Shown here: piece by piece, positions 62,931 to 64,000 of the stretch
Position numbering within the stretch: position 1 is the stretch's first letter
Layout: each line of letters begins with the position of its first letter
Assembly: GCF_902713615.1 (NCBI RefSeq)
Contig: NC_052176.1
Location: 11,546,243 to 11,610,242, forward strand
DNA length: 64,000 nucleotides
Direction of reading: 5' to 3'
From: Scyliorhinus canicula
Taxonomy: Eukaryota
Translations under genes and position numbers: made by a program
The notes under the pieces: model-generated
Seen by the model: only the letters and a program-made list of their open reading frames with translations
What the model was told of the DNA's origin: nothing
Databases searched by the model: none

Positions 62931-64000
62931 GTCCGGGACTCGGCACAAATTCTCTCCGTCAATGTGAAGTGGCTGAGAAATGAAGCCTCTGGTGGCGGCA
63001 CTGAGCAACTTAAAGGCAGCGAGCGGACGGGGCGGAGACAACCTGCTCTCAGCTCCAGGCTGCTGCTGCTGCATCTGTGTTTTTCTCTGGTCCCAAACTC
63101 TCCAATTCCACTCAAATTCCAGCTCCACAGTGTCCCAGGATAAATCCTTCCTGTCTCTCACACTCTAATGTTTGCTGCAGGAAAGGTTTCACGCGATTTG
63201 AATGCTCCATTTCGGATTTAAACCCGTTTTACTGATGCACTGTTCGCGCTCTCTCACCCGATCGCTCTCATTTTCCCAACCTTTCCGCAGAAATCTGGAA
63301 AGCAGCATCTAAACTGCCCTGAAATCCAACTTGGGAAAGTAGGAGGGGATCAGGGGGATTGATTGAATGAACAATATTTCCATTTTGTCCCAGAGGGATT
63401 GGGAGATCTGCTGATCAGAGCGGACACACAAACACAGTTGGTTTCTCCTGTTTGGCCCGCCCCTTTCACTCTCTCTTCCACAATATTCACATCCACACAC
63501 AAGGTTTGGAAATTACATTTCCCAGGGCAGAATTCTCCCTCTTCTCAACATTTGTTTCCAAATCGGTGCCTTAATTGTAGATTTTCACCTCACTTACTGA
63601 TCAACTGAGTTTTCTGCTCCCTATCTTCTGTTTCCCTAAATACCCGGCAGCAGCAAGTCATATTTTTAAATCTAAACTCATTGATGACACGTTTTACTTG
63701 AATGTGGAAATACAATTGATCTCCTCTCCAACAGTGGAGATTTTCCTGATTGATGTCATCCTCCTGCACTGCCGGTAACACTGAACCCCAAACTCAACAA
63801 GCAGGGACAGACAGTTAAAGAATAGTCCCACCCCCTCTGAGAGTGGAGATTTTCACAGTGACACACAGATTCTGACCATTCTGATCCGAACAGCAAATTT
63901 AAAAAATAAAGATGGACTCAAAGAGGGAACGTGTAAACCAGGAGAACGTGTAAACTAGTGGGGAGTGTAAACCAGGGACAATAATAAATGAGGGGAGTGT

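Overview
Vertebrate genomic DNA, almost certainly a shark/elasmobranch (HE1-like tRNA SINEs, CR1/HER1-like LINE). The window covers part of a replication-dependent histone gene cluster inside a heavily duplicated, transposon-rich region. There are eight intact intronless histone genes, each with a 3' stem-loop, in two copies of one ancestral five-gene unit (H2B> H2A> <H3 <H4 <H1). Unit 1 (16.1-21.7 kb) has H2A/H3/H4/H1 but no H2B. Unit 2 (57.9-64 kb) has H2B/H3/H4/H1, and its H2A was removed by a ~560 bp microhomology deletion that fuses the H2A CCAAT promoter to half of its stem-loop. The rest of the window is: three copies of a decayed L1-type LINE (two are near-identical and inverted, and one of those starts at a 500-N gap), a full-length decayed CR1 LINE nested in the third copy, a ~7 kb decayed Tx1-clade element inserted in a (GT)n tract, a 948-bp solo LTR, a hAT/Buster transposase remnant head-to-head with H2B, many SINEs, several mini/satellites and a four-copy NRF1/CCAAT promoter-like module. 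All comparisons were made by eye. No database searches or alignments were run, so family names and identity levels are inferences.
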